Shown: positions 22,040 to 35,673, counted from the first letter of the stretch. The stretch is DNA of 64,000 nt from Marinobacter sp. (GCF_014359475.1 NZ_JACIZI010000022.1), one strand, 5' to 3'. The notes: generated by a model from the letters alone, not told the origin. Numbers and translations are program-made.

Positions 22040-23038
22040 TCAAAGTTCGAGAGTGAACTCTGCACGGTTGTTGTAAATCCGGAAACCTTTCATATTCACG
22101 GGTTTATTGTCAAAACGAATGGCACTGACGGCATCTACCGCGCCGACCACAACCGTCAGCGGAGGCACTCCTTCCACTATCAGCCGGTCTCCACTGCGCT
22201 TGAGGGCGGCGACCAACTGGTCACCATTGGCATCTGTGATCTGAACCCAGCAGTCGCCGGTAAAGCTCATTTCCAGCGGAACCGGTGGTGCGACGGGCTC
22301 TTCCATCGGACCGGACGCAAGTACCCCTTCAGGCTGCTGATCCGGCACCATGGACGGCGTTGCTGAAGTCGTTTCGCCGGCAGACCTGCCTGGGCTGTCG
22401 TCCGTGGCCTCCTCACTCCGGAAAACGTCTTCGGCTTCGGGAGGACTTGCAACCGGGACCTGAGCCTGCGCTACTTCCTCCGGCAACGGTTCAGCGGTGT
22501 CATCAAGCGGCTCATCCATGCTGTTGTCCGCTCCGGCTTCCGCCTCCCCGGGGGAAACCATGTCTTTCCCGGAGGAATCTTCTGATTCTTCTGCCGGGAG
22601 CGACGGAGCCACGGTTTGCCGGGAATCCAGATAAGCCATCACACCCACAATGACCACCCCGAGTATTACGATCCAGGCCAGCATCTTGGCAATACGGCGT
22701 TTCTGGCGCTTTTTCCGCTCAATGGAGACCAGCGGATTGGCTTCCGCCTCTCTGGCCCTTTCCTCTCGCAGCGGTTCCAGCTCCTGTTCCAGCGTCGCCA
22801 GCAGGGATTCGGCGTTCAGGTTGACCTGTTTGGCATAGGCGCGAACATACCCTTTGAGGAACAATTCGCTGTCGATGCGTTCATAGCGGCCTTGTTCAAT
22901 GTCCTGAATAACTGAGGGACGCAGGTGTTGTGCATCAGCAACCTGCTCCACACTCAGCCCCAATGCCTCCCTGGCCCTGCGTAATTGCTGCCCGGCAGAA
23001 TCCTGAACCGCTGGTGTTGGCTGATCTTCACTGGTCAT
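22040..23038 (-). CDS. rodZ: Cytoskeleton protein RodZ
   Basis: N-terminal HTH ([10 protein letters not shown]), TM segment, acidic linker, DUF4115 (DCWVQITD). Confidence 0.9.
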   Translation of the reverse strand: MTSEDQPTPAVQDSAGQQLRRAREALGLSVEQVADAQHLRPSVIQDIEQGRYERIDSELFLKGYVRAYAKQVNLNAESLLATLEQELEPLREERAREAEANPLVSIERKKRQKRRIAKMLAWIVILGVVIVGVMAYLDSRQTVAPSLPAEESEDSSGKDMVSPGEAEAGADNSMDEPLDDTAEPLPEEVAQAQVPVASPPEAEDVFRSEEATDDSPGRSAGETTSATPSMVPDQQPEGVLASGPMEEPVAPPVPLEMSFTGDCWVQITDANGDQLVAALKRSGDRLIVEGVPPLTVVVGAVDAVSAIRFDNKPVNMKGFRIYNNRAEFTLEL

Positions 23039-23855
23039 TATTCGTCATTGCCCTGTATTGTTGATATTCCAGCGAATCCGGGAACCGGTTTTTCAGCAGC
23101 AACGCAAAGCTGGATTCCCGGTCACGCTCATCGAAATACCGCGAGATGCGAATTCCGGTCACCAGACTTTGTGGCGAATGGGTGAGACGCGGATCCCGCT
23201 CCATGACGTTCAGCAATCGGCTGTAATAACGAGAGGCGGCAGAATAGTCACCGGTTTTCACCAGACTTCTGGAGAGCGCCAGCAGGGCCTCCGCACTACC
23301 CCTGGAAAGCTCGACGGCCCGCCGGTATGACGTAACCGCCCCGGGGAAGTTCTCCAGGCGTTCCTGGGTGGTACCCAGATTATAAAAAGCAGCCGCACGC
23401 TTCTCGAAAGCGGTGTCCTCACTGGCCGCCAGAAACTGGTCCCGGGCCTCGGCGTAACGCCCTCGGGAAAACAGAAAACTGCCGTAATACATGCGGGCCT
23501 GGCTGTAGGATGGATCGTTTTTTACTGCCTTGCGAAATGCCTCTTCCGCCAGTTGGTCGTCGCCCTCTGCCTGGTAGATAAGCGCTTTTGCCGCATTGGC
23601 TGGTGCATCTTCCGGGCTCAGCTTCAGAGCCCGGTTGAGATGTTTGCGGGCCCGCTCAAGCTTCCCCTTGTCGATGTAGGCAAAGCCGAGTTCCACGTAA
23701 TTAGCGACCACCGTTTCCTTATTGGCTTCCTGCTTGAAGCGGCTGTCCGTGACTGTCACGCACCCCGCAGGCAACAACAGCACCAGGAGCGCTATTGCCA
23801 GGAATAACCGGGAATCCATCTTGCATTTCACGGACGCATTCATCTCATTTGTCAT
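23028..23855 (-). CDS. pilW: Type IV pilus biogenesis/stability lipoprotein PilW (PilF)
   Basis: Lipobox PAGC and TPR repeats; located between rlmN and rodZ; exact start uncertain. Confidence 0.9.
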   Translation of the reverse strand: MTNEMNASVKCKMDSRLFLAIALLVLLLPAGCVTVTDSRFKQEANKETVVANYVELGFAYIDKGKLERARKHLNRALKLSPEDAPANAAKALIYQAEGDDQLAEEAFRKAVKNDPSYSQARMYYGSFLFSRGRYAEARDQFLAASEDTAFEKRAAAFYNLGTTQERLENFPGAVTSYRRAVELSRGSAEALLALSRSLVKTGDYSAASRYYSRLLNVMERDPRLTHSPQSLVTGIRISRYFDERDRESSFALLLKNRFPDSLEYQQYRAMTNNDQ

Positions 23856-23872
23856 CCCTCGATGATCAGGGT

Positions 23873-24985
23873 TCAGGATGCCACATTACGCGCTTCGATA
23901 TATCGGGCACTGCGGCGGGTCCGATCTTCGAACCGCCCGACCAGCTGGCCACAGGCCGCATCAATATCGTCACCCCGGGTAGTTCTGATAGTAGCAATAT
24001 AGCCTGCCTCGTTCAGTATCTTCTGGAAACGCCGCGTAGCGTTCATGCTGGGCCGCCGGAAATCACTCTCCGGAAATGGATTAAAAGGAATCAGATTGAT
24101 TTTGCATGGCAGGCCCCTGAGCAACTCCGCCAGTTGCCGGGCATGCTCCGGCTGGTCATTGATCCCTTCAATCACGGTGTACTCAATCGTTGCCTTGCGT
24201 TTATCCGGCAGGCCGGCCAGGTAACGGCGGGTCGCTGCCAGCAACTCGGCAATCGGATACTTCCTGTTGAGCGGCACCAGCTGATTGCGCAGCTCATCAT
24301 TGGGGGCATGCAGGGAGATGGCCAGAGATACATCGCTGACTTCACCCAGGCGATCCAGGGCAGGCACCACCCCGGACGTGCTGACGGTAACCCGACGCTT
24401 GGAAATCCCGTAAGCCAGGTCCTCCATCATCAGGTTCATGGCATCCACCACGTTATCGAAGTTGAGCAGCGGCTCGCCCATACCCATCATCACCACGTTG
24501 GTGATCGGACGATCAGGGCCGGGCTCGAACGGCATGAATGCCTTGCGGGCCACCCAGACCTGGCCAATAATCTCGGCGGCCGTGAGATTACGATTAAACC
24601 CCCGCTTGCCAGTGGAGCAGAAGGTGCAGTCCAGGCTGCAGCCGATCTGGGAGGACACACACAGAGTGCCGCGCTCGCCATCGGGGATCAGCACCGTTTC
24701 CACGCTGTTGCCGTTGTCCATCCGCATGACCCATTTACGGGTGCCATCTCTGGAGGTTTCATCCTGCACCACCTCCGGGCCACGCACTTCCGCCACTTCC
24801 CTGAGTTTTTCCCGCAATGCCTTGCTCATATTGGTCATCTGATCGAAGTCATCCGCACCCCGCTGGTGAATCCACTGCAACACCTGGGTGGCGCGAAAAC
24901 GCTTCTCCCCCAGAGATTCGAAGAACGCCTCAAGCTTGTCTTTGGGCATTCCCAGCAGATTGGTTTTTTCAGCAGGCGCTGTCAT
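23873..24985 (-). CDS. rlmN: 23S rRNA/tRNA m2A methyltransferase RlmN
   Basis: Radical [11 protein letters not shown]; MGMGEP; DIDAACGQL. Confidence 0.97.
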   Translation of the reverse strand: MTAPAEKTNLLGMPKDKLEAFFESLGEKRFRATQVLQWIHQRGADDFDQMTNMSKALREKLREVAEVRGPEVVQDETSRDGTRKWVMRMDNGNSVETVLIPDGERGTLCVSSQIGCSLDCTFCSTGKRGFNRNLTAAEIIGQVWVARKAFMPFEPGPDRPITNVVMMGMGEPLLNFDNVVDAMNLMMEDLAYGISKRRVTVSTSGVVPALDRLGEVSDVSLAISLHAPNDELRNQLVPLNRKYPIAELLAATRRYLAGLPDKRKATIEYTVIEGINDQPEHARQLAELLRGLPCKINLIPFNPFPESDFRRPSMNATRRFQKILNEAGYIATIRTTRGDDIDAACGQLVGRFEDRTRRSARYIEARNVAS

Positions 24986-25012
24986 TTCATAACCTCGATC
25001 GGATAACCAATA

Positions 25013-25032
25013 CGGGCCGGTGAGCCGGCCCG
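25013..25032. terminator. Hairpin downstream of ndk
   Basis: CGGGCCGG-tgag-CCGGCCCG perfect stem; no clear U tract. Confidence 0.5.
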
Positions 25033-25042
25033 CAGGACGGGA

Positions 25043-25471
25043 TCAGCCGCGCGGGCAGATCTCGTTGTCATTGAAAAAGTACGCGATTTCGCGCTCGGCA
25101 GACGCCGCAGAGTCAGAACCGTGAACGGCGTTAGCATCGATGGAAGATGCGAAGTCCGCGCGGATAGTGCCCGGTTCGGCTTCCTTCGGGTTGGTAGCAC
25201 CCATCAGGTCACGGTTTTTCAGAATGGCACCTTCGCCTTCCAGAACCTGAACCACAACCGGACCGGAGGTCATAAAGGCAACCAGATCGTTGAAGAACGG
25301 GCGTTCCTTGTGTTCGGCGTAAAACCCTTCAGCCTGCTCCTGGGTCAGGTGCATCATCTTGGCGGCAACGATTTTCAGGTCGGCCTTTTCAAAACGGCTG
25401 TAGATTTCACCGATGACGTTCTTTGCAACCGCGTCCGGCTTGATGATAGAGAGCGTGCGCTCGTTTGCCAT
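25043..25471 (-). CDS. ndk: Nucleoside diphosphate kinase
   Basis: IIKPDAV, GTIRADF and NAVHGSDS motifs. Confidence 0.98.
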   Translation of the reverse strand: MANERTLSIIKPDAVAKNVIGEIYSRFEKADLKIVAAKMMHLTQEQAEGFYAEHKERPFFNDLVAFMTSGPVVVQVLEGEGAILKNRDLMGATNPKEAEPGTIRADFASSIDANAVHGSDSAASAEREIAYFFNDNEICPRG

Positions 25472-25540
25472 GTTCTTTCTCCGTTATGGGTTCAGGTTGA
25501 AATTCAGTGGTGGGATTATACGCAGGTCTGAGGCGACTGC

Positions 25541-26692
25541 CTACCGGACTCCGCGAAGGCGGGTTACCACCTCGTTAATCCGGTCCGCTGCAAATACCAC
25601 TTCGTCCTCCGTGGTGAACCGGCCCATGGAAAACCTCAGTGCCCGGTGAGCCTGCTCGTCGCTCAGGCCGATACCTCGGAGCACATAGGAGGGTTCCATC
25701 GTCGCGGAGGCACAGGCTGAGCCGGAGGAAACCGCTACGTCCCGGAGCCCCAGCATCAGGGACTCCGCCTCAACACCGCGGAAGGACAGGTTAATAATCC
25801 CCGGCACCCGGCAGGTCTCGCTGCCATTCAGGGTAACCCCTTCGAGCTCTGCAAGGCTCTCCAGAAACAGTGCGCGGAGACTTTCCAGGCGCTGGCACTC
25901 TTCATCGAGTGACTGTGACGCGATGGCAAATGCTTTGCCCATACCGGCGATCTGGTGCGTAGCCAGGGTGCCCGAGCGCATACCCCGTTCATGACCACCG
26001 CCGTGAATACAGGCTTCAATACGCACGTCAGGGGCGCGGCGCACATACAGCGCCCCGATGCCCTTGGGACCGTATACCTTATGGCCGGACAGGGACAGCA
26101 GATCCACCGGCATGGTCCGCACATCCACCGGCATCTTGCCGGCGGCCTGGGCCGCATCCACATGGAACAGCACACCACGGCTGCGCAGTCGCTCGCCAAT
26201 CGCCGCCACATCCGTGCAGGTACCCAACTCGTTATTGACCATCATCAGGGAAACCAGCACGGTGTTATCCTGCAAGGCCTCTTCAACGGCATCAGGACGG
26301 ATGCGGCCGTCCGGTTCCGGCTTCAGCCAGGTAACGGATGCCATGCCCTGCGCTTCCAGCCAGCGCACACTGTCCACAACGGCTTTGTGCTCGATGATGG
26401 AGGTTACAATATGCGGGTTATCCCGGCCGGACACCGCCCCCTTGATCGCGAGATTGTCCGATTCGGTCGCACCGGAGGTCCAGACAATCTCCCGGGGATC
26501 GGCATTGATCAGATCCGCCACCTGCTTGCGCGCATTTTCGACAGCGGCTTCGGCCTGCCAGCCAAACCCGTGGGAGCGGGATGCAGGGTTTCCGAAAACG
26601 CCGTCGATGGTGAGATAACGGCACATTTCTTCAGCAACAACCGGGTCAACGGGGGTTGTTGCCGCATAATCCATGTATACGGGCTTTTTCAT
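25541..26692 (-). CDS. iscS: Cysteine desulfurase IscS
   Basis: [19 protein letters not shown] (PLP Lys), [11 protein letters not shown] and SSGSAC (catalytic Cys). Confidence 0.94.
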   Translation of the reverse strand: MKKPVYMDYAATTPVDPVVAEEMCRYLTIDGVFGNPASRSHGFGWQAEAAVENARKQVADLINADPREIVWTSGATESDNLAIKGAVSGRDNPHIVTSIIEHKAVVDSVRWLEAQGMASVTWLKPEPDGRIRPDAVEEALQDNTVLVSLMMVNNELGTCTDVAAIGERLRSRGVLFHVDAAQAAGKMPVDVRTMPVDLLSLSGHKVYGPKGIGALYVRRAPDVRIEACIHGGGHERGMRSGTLATHQIAGMGKAFAIASQSLDEECQRLESLRALFLESLAELEGVTLNGSETCRVPGIINLSFRGVEAESLMLGLRDVAVSSGSACASATMEPSYVLRGIGLSDEQAHRALRFSMGRFTTEDEVVFAADRINEVVTRLRGVR

Positions 26693-26717
26693 AGGCTTTT
26701 GGGAATTTTAATCTGGT

Positions 26718-27224
26718 TCAGGCCGGGGTCTGGTCGCCCAGGAGCCCGGTGTTGATCGTCTGCTTGTCATTGCCGCCGCCCTTCGCCTGGCGGAGATTCT
26801 GCCGTGCGGCAACGACCTGTATTTCGCGCTTCTTCATCAGATCAGCCAGACTGATCTGGCTCAGAAACTGGTGAATCTGATCACTCAGATCAGACCAGAG
26901 GTGGTGGGTCAGGCACATCTCTCCATTCTGGCAGTCACCCCGGTTTTTGCAGCGGGTAGTATCCAGTGACTCATTTACCGCATCAACGACGTCGGAGACA
27001 AAAACCGCTTCCGCCCCCCTTCCCAGACGGTAGCCGCCGCCGGGGCCTCTGACACTGACCACAAGGTTTCTGCGACGCAAGCGGGCGAACAATTGTTCAA
27101 GGTATGACAGGGAAATCTCCTGGCGCGAGGAGATTTCAGCCAGACTGACCGGCCCCACATCTGTATGCAGCGCAAGATCCAGCATGGCAGTCACCGCATA
27201 TCGTCCTTTGGTGGTCAGTTTCAT
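26718..27224 (-). CDS. iscR: Fe-S cluster assembly transcriptional regulator IscR
   Basis: MKLTTKGRYAVTAMLDLA, SLSYLEQLF, GPGGGY and three Cys (C-x5-C-x5-C-LTH). Confidence 0.96.
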   Translation of the reverse strand: MKLTTKGRYAVTAMLDLALHTDVGPVSLAEISSRQEISLSYLEQLFARLRRRNLVVSVRGPGGGYRLGRGAEAVFVSDVVDAVNESLDTTRCKNRGDCQNGEMCLTHHLWSDLSDQIHQFLSQISLADLMKKREIQVVAARQNLRQAKGGGNDKQTINTGLLGDQTPA

Positions 27225-27263
27225 GGCGTACCCGTCCGTAAAATGGTGGATGTACCTTGGGCG

Positions 27264-27296
27264 AGTATGAATTGACCAACCAAATCAGTCAAGTAT
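27264..27296 (-). promoter_or_regulatory. iscR promoter with overlapping type-1 IscR site
   Basis: TTGACT-17-CATACT; ATACTTGACTGATTTGGTTGGTCAA resembles the IscR type-1 consensus. Confidence 0.72.
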
Positions 27297-28070
27297 TCAC
27301 CGCCCCGGCTGATCCTCGTCCCTCATGCAATCGAAGTCCTCCTCCGGCAAGGGCGGGAGGTCTCCATTGCTGTACTCACTGTTGAGTTTATGCAGCGCTT
27401 TACACATGTTCTCGATACGATCGTCCACCGCATGCATATGATCCAACAGGCTGCGCATAGCCCGGGCCACCGGGTCCGGCATTTCTTCGGTCACGCCATA
27501 GGCGTCGAACCCCATGCGCTCTTCCATCTCCTTGCGCCGGCCCTGGTCTTCCTCCCTGCGCTTTACAATCACACGGCCGGGAATCCCTACCACGGTGGCA
27601 CCTTCGGGCACAGCCTTGGTTACCACCGAGTTGGAACCAATCTTGGCCCCTTCCCCCACCTCGAAAGGACCCAGGATTTTGGCGCCGGCACCAACCACCA
27701 CATTATTACCCAGGGTCGGATGACGCTTGCCTTTTTTCCAGCTCGTACCACCCAGGGTCACACCCTGGTAAAGAGTGACATCGTCACCGATCACCGTGGT
27801 CTCGCCGATCACCACACCCATGCCATGGTCGATAAAGAAACGCCGGCCGATGGTGGCACCCGGATGGATCTCGATGCCGGTCAGCCAGCGGGCCAGGGTA
27901 GATATGGTGCGTGCCAGCCATTTCATGTCACCGTTCCAGAGGCGGTGAGCCAGCCGGTGAAACAACAGCGCGTGCAGGCCAGGATAGTTGGTCAGCACCT
28001 CAAACGTATTCCGGGCCGCGGGATCACGATGAAATACACTGTTGATATCTTCTTTCAGCCCCTCAAACAT
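27297..28070 (-). CDS. cysE: Serine O-acetyltransferase
   Basis: [24 protein letters not shown] and KRHPT hexapeptide repeats. Confidence 0.96.
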   Translation of the reverse strand: MFEGLKEDINSVFHRDPAARNTFEVLTNYPGLHALLFHRLAHRLWNGDMKWLARTISTLARWLTGIEIHPGATIGRRFFIDHGMGVVIGETTVIGDDVTLYQGVTLGGTSWKKGKRHPTLGNNVVVGAGAKILGPFEVGEGAKIGSNSVVTKAVPEGATVVGIPGRVIVKRREEDQGRRKEMEERMGFDAYGVTEEMPDPVARAMRSLLDHMHAVDDRIENMCKALHKLNSEYSNGDLPPLPEEDFDCMRDEDQPGR

Positions 28071-28929
28071 GGTCCTGCTCCTGTCCGCTATTGTGCTCTG
28101 TCGTTTCCCCGGAAGCGATCTTCCCCGGAAGTGTGCCCGCCGCCTTCTGGACCGATGTAAGAATGCCCCGCAGGATATTGATTTCCATCTGATCCATGCC
28201 CGCTCGCTGAAACAGTCGACGCAAACGGGTCATCAACTGGCGTGGCTTGTCCCGGCGGTGAAACTCCACATCCACCAGCACCTGCTCAAGATGTGCAAAA
28301 AAGCCCTCCACATCACTGACCGGTGCCAGCGGCACATCCCAGCCCTCGTCACCGGGACGGGTCATGGCTCTGAGTTGGGGGGCCGCACTGCCCTCTTCAA
28401 GCCCTTTGAGATAAAGCATCCGCACTTCATAGCAGATCACCTGTACTGCCATGGCCAGGTTCAGGGAACTGTAGTCCGGATCAGAGGGAATATGGATGTG
28501 GTAATGGCAGCGTTGCAACTCCTCGTTGGTCAGACCGGAATTCTCCCGCCCGAAGACCAGTGCCACCTGCCCCTGCTGCGCATGACCGAGCGCCTGTGCG
28601 GCAGCATCCGGCGGCCCGATTACCGGCCAGGGCACCTTGCGCCCCCGGGCACTGGTACCCATTACCAGCACGCAATCCGCAATGGCCTCGTCCAGGCTGG
28701 GCACCACCCGGGCTTCGTCCAGCACGTCGGAAGCCCCGGATGAGCGGGCATAGGAAGCCTCATCCGGAAACGAGGCGGGATTGACCAGCCAGAGATTACT
28801 CAGCCCCATATTCTTCATGGCCCGGGCAACAGCACCAATATTGCCGGAATGGGAGGTCTCCACCAGCACAATGCGGATACTGTGCCGGACCTCGCCGGCG
28901 CTTTCGGTGGGCAGTGCGGGTTTGTGCAT
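28063..28929 (-). CDS. trmJ: tRNA (C32/U32) 2'-O-methyltransferase TrmJ
   Basis: ATG at 28929; [27 protein letters not shown] and SLNLAMAV motifs. Confidence 0.94.
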   Translation of the reverse strand: MHKPALPTESAGEVRHSIRIVLVETSHSGNIGAVARAMKNMGLSNLWLVNPASFPDEASYARSSGASDVLDEARVVPSLDEAIADCVLVMGTSARGRKVPWPVIGPPDAAAQALGHAQQGQVALVFGRENSGLTNEELQRCHYHIHIPSDPDYSSLNLAMAVQVICYEVRMLYLKGLEEGSAAPQLRAMTRPGDEGWDVPLAPVSDVEGFFAHLEQVLVDVEFHRRDKPRQLMTRLRRLFQRAGMDQMEINILRGILTSVQKAAGTLPGKIASGETTEHNSGQEQDHV

Positions 28930-29129
28930 AAGCGTGTGAGTCCGTGACCAGTATCGATAAAGGCTGCACATGATACCAGATGCCGCACCAGGATTGCCCT
29001 TCGGATACCCGTAATCCGACCCCACCGGTGGGGATAAGTGCGGACCTCCATGCAGGCAAAAAGCATACAAGGCCGGTCCGGATTTGCTATGATACCCGCC
29101 CTTCACACATCCGGATAACGATCACACAG

Positions 29130-29930
29130 ATGGAACCAGCAATTAAAATGGCCCTGCGCATTGCACGTCAGGGTTCTGATTACCTGAAAGCCCATTTTGA
29201 GCGCCAGGAGCCGAACAGTGGTGACCGGGACAGTCAGCGTAAGCAACTGGAGCGGGTAGAGCAGTCAATCTATGACAACTTCCAGGAACAGCTTGAGAAG
29301 GCCTACAAAGACCATCAGATTGCCCCACTCGGCCAGGCCGATGCCGGTGATGGTGAGCGAAGCTGGCATATCTTCCCGTTGCTGGGCGGCGAAAACTTCC
29401 TGCGCGGTATCCCCGAGTTTGCCGTTGCGCTGATGCAGAAGCGCAACAACCGCACCGAGAACCTGCTGCTGATCAACCCGGTCACCGGCGAAGAGTACTC
29501 GGCCAGTCGCGGCCATGGCGCGGCCCTGAACAGCCGGCGCATCCGCACCAGCGAAATCCGTCATACCGCGGATGCCGCACTGGTCAGCAACCTGCTGGCC
29601 CAGAGCAAAGACAGCGAGAATGCATTGCTGTGGGGAGAGATGGCTGCCGTGCTGTCTTCCGAGACCGAACAGTTCCGCACCTCCGGCTGCACCGCCCTGG
29701 ATATTGCCCGGGTAGCAGCCGGCCATCTCGACGCCGCGGTTATCTTCCGGCCTACGCCTGAAGACCTGGCCCTGGGAGTCACCCTTGCCATGGAATCCGG
29801 TGCACTGACCGGCGACTTCTCCGGAAACCCCCACACCGGTGGCAGCAAGCAACTGGTAGTGGCCAACCCGAAGCTGTTCCGGGAGCTGCTGAAAACACTG
29901 CACCCTTTCCGCGCTCGCCTGCCACGGTAA
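29130..29930 (+). CDS. suhB: SuhB/inositol monophosphatase family protein with degenerate active site
   Basis: ATG at 29130; divergent from trmJ (canonical suhB position); SGCTALDIARVAAG and GALTGDFSG conserved; catalytic motif altered (see findings). Confidence 0.88.
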   Translation: MEPAIKMALRIARQGSDYLKAHFERQEPNSGDRDSQRKQLERVEQSIYDNFQEQLEKAYKDHQIAPLGQADAGDGERSWHIFPLLGGENFLRGIPEFAVALMQKRNNRTENLLLINPVTGEEYSASRGHGAALNSRRIRTSEIRHTADAALVSNLLAQSKDSENALLWGEMAAVLSSETEQFRTSGCTALDIARVAAGHLDAAVIFRPTPEDLALGVTLAMESGALTGDFSGNPHTGGSKQLVVANPKLFRELLKTLHPFRARLPR

Positions 29931-29976
29931 ACCTCCGCCTCTCTCTGACTGGCTCAGAGGCCTGGCGGACACCCAC

Positions 29977-30014
29977 AAAAAAGCCGCGCACCTGAATCAG
30001 GCCGCGGCTTTTTT
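29977..30014. terminator. Bidirectional terminator between suhB and secF
   Basis: AAAAAAGCCGCG...CGCGGCTTTTTT. Confidence 0.85.
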
Positions 30015-30034
30015 GTTGCCCGGGACCGGCCCAC

Positions 30035-30985
30035 TTACATCCGGTTGAGCCACTCGGGCGGCTCCTCATCTTTCTGATCTTCCGCACCTTCCTTGGGAGG
30101 TACGTAGAGATCATCACGGGTCACATTAAAGGCCACCAACAGGTTGGCGGAAACATAGATGGAGGAGTAGGTACCCACCACCACACCGATGATCAGTGCC
30201 AGGGCGAAGTTGTTGATCGCCTCACCACCCAGAAAATACAGGGCAAGGAGCACCACAAGTGTGGTACCGGAGGTGTTGATGGTGCGACTGATGGTCTGAT
30301 GGATGGACTCGTTGATCACCCGTTCGGGATCATCCACCCGCATTTTCCGGAAGTTTTCCCGGATACGGTCCGCCACAACGATGGTGTCGTTCAGGGAATA
30401 ACCGATGACCGCCAGCAGTGCCGCAAGCACGGTCAGGTCAAAGGTCCACTGGAACAGTGCGAATACACCCAGCACGATGATCACATCATGGGCCAGCGGC
30501 ACGACCGCGGCAATTCCGAACTTGAACTGGAAGCGCATGCCCACGTAGATCAACACGACTGCCAGCGCGATCAGCAGCCCAAGCCCACTGTCTTCCTTGA
30601 GCTCATCTCCGACCTGGGATCCGACAAACTCTGAACTGACCAGTTCAAGGGCATCGCCGTCCGCTGCAAGGGCATCAACAATAGTGTCAGCGAGGCTGTC
30701 ATCATCTGCCTGGGCAAGGCGTACAAGCACCGTGGTATCGGAACCAAAATTCTGCACTACAAACTGCTCGTAGCCGGCCGCCTCAAGGGTCCTGCGAACC
30801 TCATCCAACGCCGGTGGCTGCTCATACTCGAGCTCCACCGAGGTACCGCCGGTAAAGTCCAGCCCCAAGTTCAGCCCGTTAATGGCCAGCAATGCAATGG
30901 ATGCGATGACCAGGGCAATGGAGAACACGGAAGCCGCCTTCCGAAACCCCATAAAATCAATTGGTTTCTTGTCGACTTCAGACAT
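30035..30985 (-). CDS. secF: Protein translocase subunit SecF
   Basis: GLDFTGG and IGYSLNDTIVVADRIRE motifs. Confidence 0.97.
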   Translation of the reverse strand: MSEVDKKPIDFMGFRKAASVFSIALVIASIALLAINGLNLGLDFTGGTSVELEYEQPPALDEVRRTLEAAGYEQFVVQNFGSDTTVLVRLAQADDDSLADTIVDALAADGDALELVSSEFVGSQVGDELKEDSGLGLLIALAVVLIYVGMRFQFKFGIAAVVPLAHDVIIVLGVFALFQWTFDLTVLAALLAVIGYSLNDTIVVADRIRENFRKMRVDDPERVINESIHQTISRTINTSGTTLVVLLALYFLGGEAINNFALALIIGVVVGTYSSIYVSANLLVAFNVTRDDLYVPPKEGAEDQKDEEPPEWLNRM

Positions 30986-32855
30986 TGGCTTGCTTCCCTC
31001 CGATGGACAGTTTCCGGACCTTGCGGCCGCCGTAGATAAAGTTGACGATGCTGCGGCTGACCATCAGGCCGGAGAACATGGACGTCAGGATACCCAGCGA
31101 CAGGGTCACCGCGAAGCCTTTCACCGGCCCGCTACCCATGGCGAACAGAATGACCGCCACCAGCAGGGTCGTGATGTTGGCATCGAAGATGGAAACGAAG
31201 GCCCGGGAATAACCGGCATTGATCGCCAGCTGCGGTGCCACGCCGGCCCTGAGTTCTTCCTTTATCCGCTCGAAGATCAGCACATTGGCATCCACCGCCA
31301 TACCGACTGTCAGTACAATACCGGCGATACCCGGCAGGGTCAGGGTCGCCGAAAGGATAGACATGCAGGCGATCAGCAGCATCAGGTTCAGTGACAACGC
31401 AATGTTGGCCACAATACCGAACATCCGGTAATAAAGCGCCATGTAGATCAGCACCAGCGCAAAACCGAGCGCCACCGACATCATGCCCGCATCAATATTG
31501 GCCTGGCCGAGGCTCGGGCCTATGGTCCGCTCCTGCACAAAGTACATGGGCGCGGCCAGGGCACCGGCTCGCAGCAGCAGGGCCAGTTCCGCCGCTTCCG
31601 GGATCGAGTCCAGACCGGTGATCCGGAAGCTGGCTCCCAGCATGGACTGAATGGTTGCCAGGCTGATAATGCCTTTCTCCACCACCCGTTCCTCGGTGGT
31701 GATGACCTCGCCATTCACCACTTTCTGGTCAGTCTCAGTCTTGTATTCAATGAACACCACCGCCATACGACGACCTACCGCCGTGCGGGTCGCCCGTGAC
31801 ATCAGATCGCCACCCACCGAATCCATGGTGATATTAACCTGGGGCTGGCCATTCTGGTCGAAGGCCTGCTGTGCGTTGGCGACGTTGTCGCCGGTAGCAA
31901 TCACATCCCGCTGCAGTCGCGCGGTACGGTTCGGGTTATCCCGGAACGAGAAGGTCTCAACATCGCCACTGGCCGCATCCTGGCGGGCCTCCAGGCGGAA
32001 CTCCAGATTAGCTGTGGCACCCAGTACCCGCTTTGCCTGGGCGGTATCCTGCACACCCGGGAGCTCCACGATGATGCGATTGCCGCCCTGGCGCTGCACC
32101 AGAGGTTCCGCCACACCCAATTCGTTGACCCGGTTACGGATCGTGGTCAGGTTCTGCTCAATGGCATAGTCGCGGATCGACTGGATCTCCGCTTCCGACA
32201 TGGTCAGAATCAGTTCGAAGGTCTCGCCGTCCGTCGTTTCCTCAAGCAGGAACTGGTTGTAATTATCGCGAATCAGGTCGAATGCCTTATCACGGTCTTC
32301 CTCACTCCGGAAGGTCAGGTCAATCTTCGGCTCACCTTCGATCACATCGCCGCCACGGTAGCGGATGCGCTGTTCCCGAAGTTCCCGCTTGATCTGGCCG
32401 GACATGGCTTCCAGGCGCTGCTGTACCGCGGTTTCCATATCCACTTCCAGCAGGAAGTGAACACCACCACGCAAATCCAGACCCAGTTTCATGGGGCCGG
32501 CACCCAGACTGCGCAGCCAGCCCGGAGTGGAGGCCGCCATGTTCAGGGCCACCAGGTAATCGCTGCCCAATGCATTCTGAACAATGGGACGGGCCCGCAC
32601 CTGGGCCTCCGAAGACCGGAGCCGGATCAGCGCATCACGACCCTGGAGCGAGCTTTGTTTCACTTCGATACCGGCGGCTTCCAGGGCTCCGACGGCGCGT
32701 TCAAGAATGCGCTCGCTCACATCGGTCGAACTGCGGGCACCGGTAATCTGGATGGCATAGTCGTCGGGAAACAGGTTGGGTAAGGCGTAGACAAACCCGA
32801 TCGCCAGGGCGACCAGGATGACCAGATTCTTCCAGAGTGGGTACTTGTTGAGCAT
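30978..32855 (-). CDS. secD: Protein translocase subunit SecD
   Basis: LGLDLRGGVHF, RNRVNELGVAEP and GMAVDANVLIFERI motifs. Confidence 0.97.
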   Translation of the reverse strand: MLNKYPLWKNLVILVALAIGFVYALPNLFPDDYAIQITGARSSTDVSERILERAVGALEAAGIEVKQSSLQGRDALIRLRSSEAQVRARPIVQNALGSDYLVALNMAASTPGWLRSLGAGPMKLGLDLRGGVHFLLEVDMETAVQQRLEAMSGQIKRELREQRIRYRGGDVIEGEPKIDLTFRSEEDRDKAFDLIRDNYNQFLLEETTDGETFELILTMSEAEIQSIRDYAIEQNLTTIRNRVNELGVAEPLVQRQGGNRIIVELPGVQDTAQAKRVLGATANLEFRLEARQDAASGDVETFSFRDNPNRTARLQRDVIATGDNVANAQQAFDQNGQPQVNITMDSVGGDLMSRATRTAVGRRMAVVFIEYKTETDQKVVNGEVITTEERVVEKGIISLATIQSMLGASFRITGLDSIPEAAELALLLRAGALAAPMYFVQERTIGPSLGQANIDAGMMSVALGFALVLIYMALYYRMFGIVANIALSLNLMLLIACMSILSATLTLPGIAGIVLTVGMAVDANVLIFERIKEELRAGVAPQLAINAGYSRAFVSIFDANITTLLVAVILFAMGSGPVKGFAVTLSLGILTSMFSGLMVSRSIVNFIYGGRKVRKLSIGGKQANV

Positions 32856-32924
32856 GGGGTCCCTTTCCGGCCGGCTGACCCGCCGGCCCTTGTTTCAGCG
32901 TGACAGGCCTGCGGCCTTCGACAA

Positions 32925-33290
32925 TCAGATGTCTTTCAGGGTTCCTTTCGGCAAGGCTGCCGCAATCGCCACTTTCTGAACCTTGACTTCGACGTTGTCA
33001 GCTATTTCCAACACAATGAAGTCGTCTGCCACCTTGACGATCCGACCGGCCATACCGCCGGAGGTGACCACTTCATCACCCTTGTTCAGGCCGGACATCA
33101 GTTCCTTGTGCTCTTTGGCGCGCTTGGACTGGGGACGCCAGATCAGAAAATAGAAAATCAGGATAAAGCCGGCGAAAAAGATCACCTGCCCCATGACGCC
33201 CATGCCACCCTGGGGCGCGCCTTGCTGGGCAAGGGCCATTCCTGGCAGCAACGCAGCGAGGGAGGCAATCAACAGCTTGATGGATTTCAT
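32925..33290 (-). CDS. yajC: Preprotein translocase subunit YajC
   Basis: ATG at 33290; FYFLIWRPQSKR and KGDEVVTSGG motifs. Confidence 0.95.
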   Translation of the reverse strand: MKSIKLLIASLAALLPGMALAQQGAPQGGMGVMGQVIFFAGFILIFYFLIWRPQSKRAKEHKELMSGLNKGDEVVTSGGMAGRIVKVADDFIVLEIADNVEVKVQKVAIAAALPKGTLKDI

Positions 33291-33340
33291 TTGGTTACTC
33301 CGTTTCAGACAGTGTTTTCCGCCCGGACCGGCTGGCCGGC

Positions 33341-35549
<2,209 letters not shown>

Positions 35550-35568
35550 GGGATCGGGATATCTGAAA

Positions 35569-35655
35569 TGGTGCCGGGGGTGGGACTTGAACCCACACGC
35601 TGTTGCCAGCACAAGATTTTGAGTCTCGCGTGTCTACCAATTTCACCACCCCGGC
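35569..35655 (-). tRNA. tRNA-Leu(CAA)
   Basis: 87 nt with long variable arm; anticodon arm CGAGA-CTCAAAA-TCTTG; CCA end. Confidence 0.96.
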
Positions 35656-35673
35656 ATGGGCAGGTGCGGGAGG

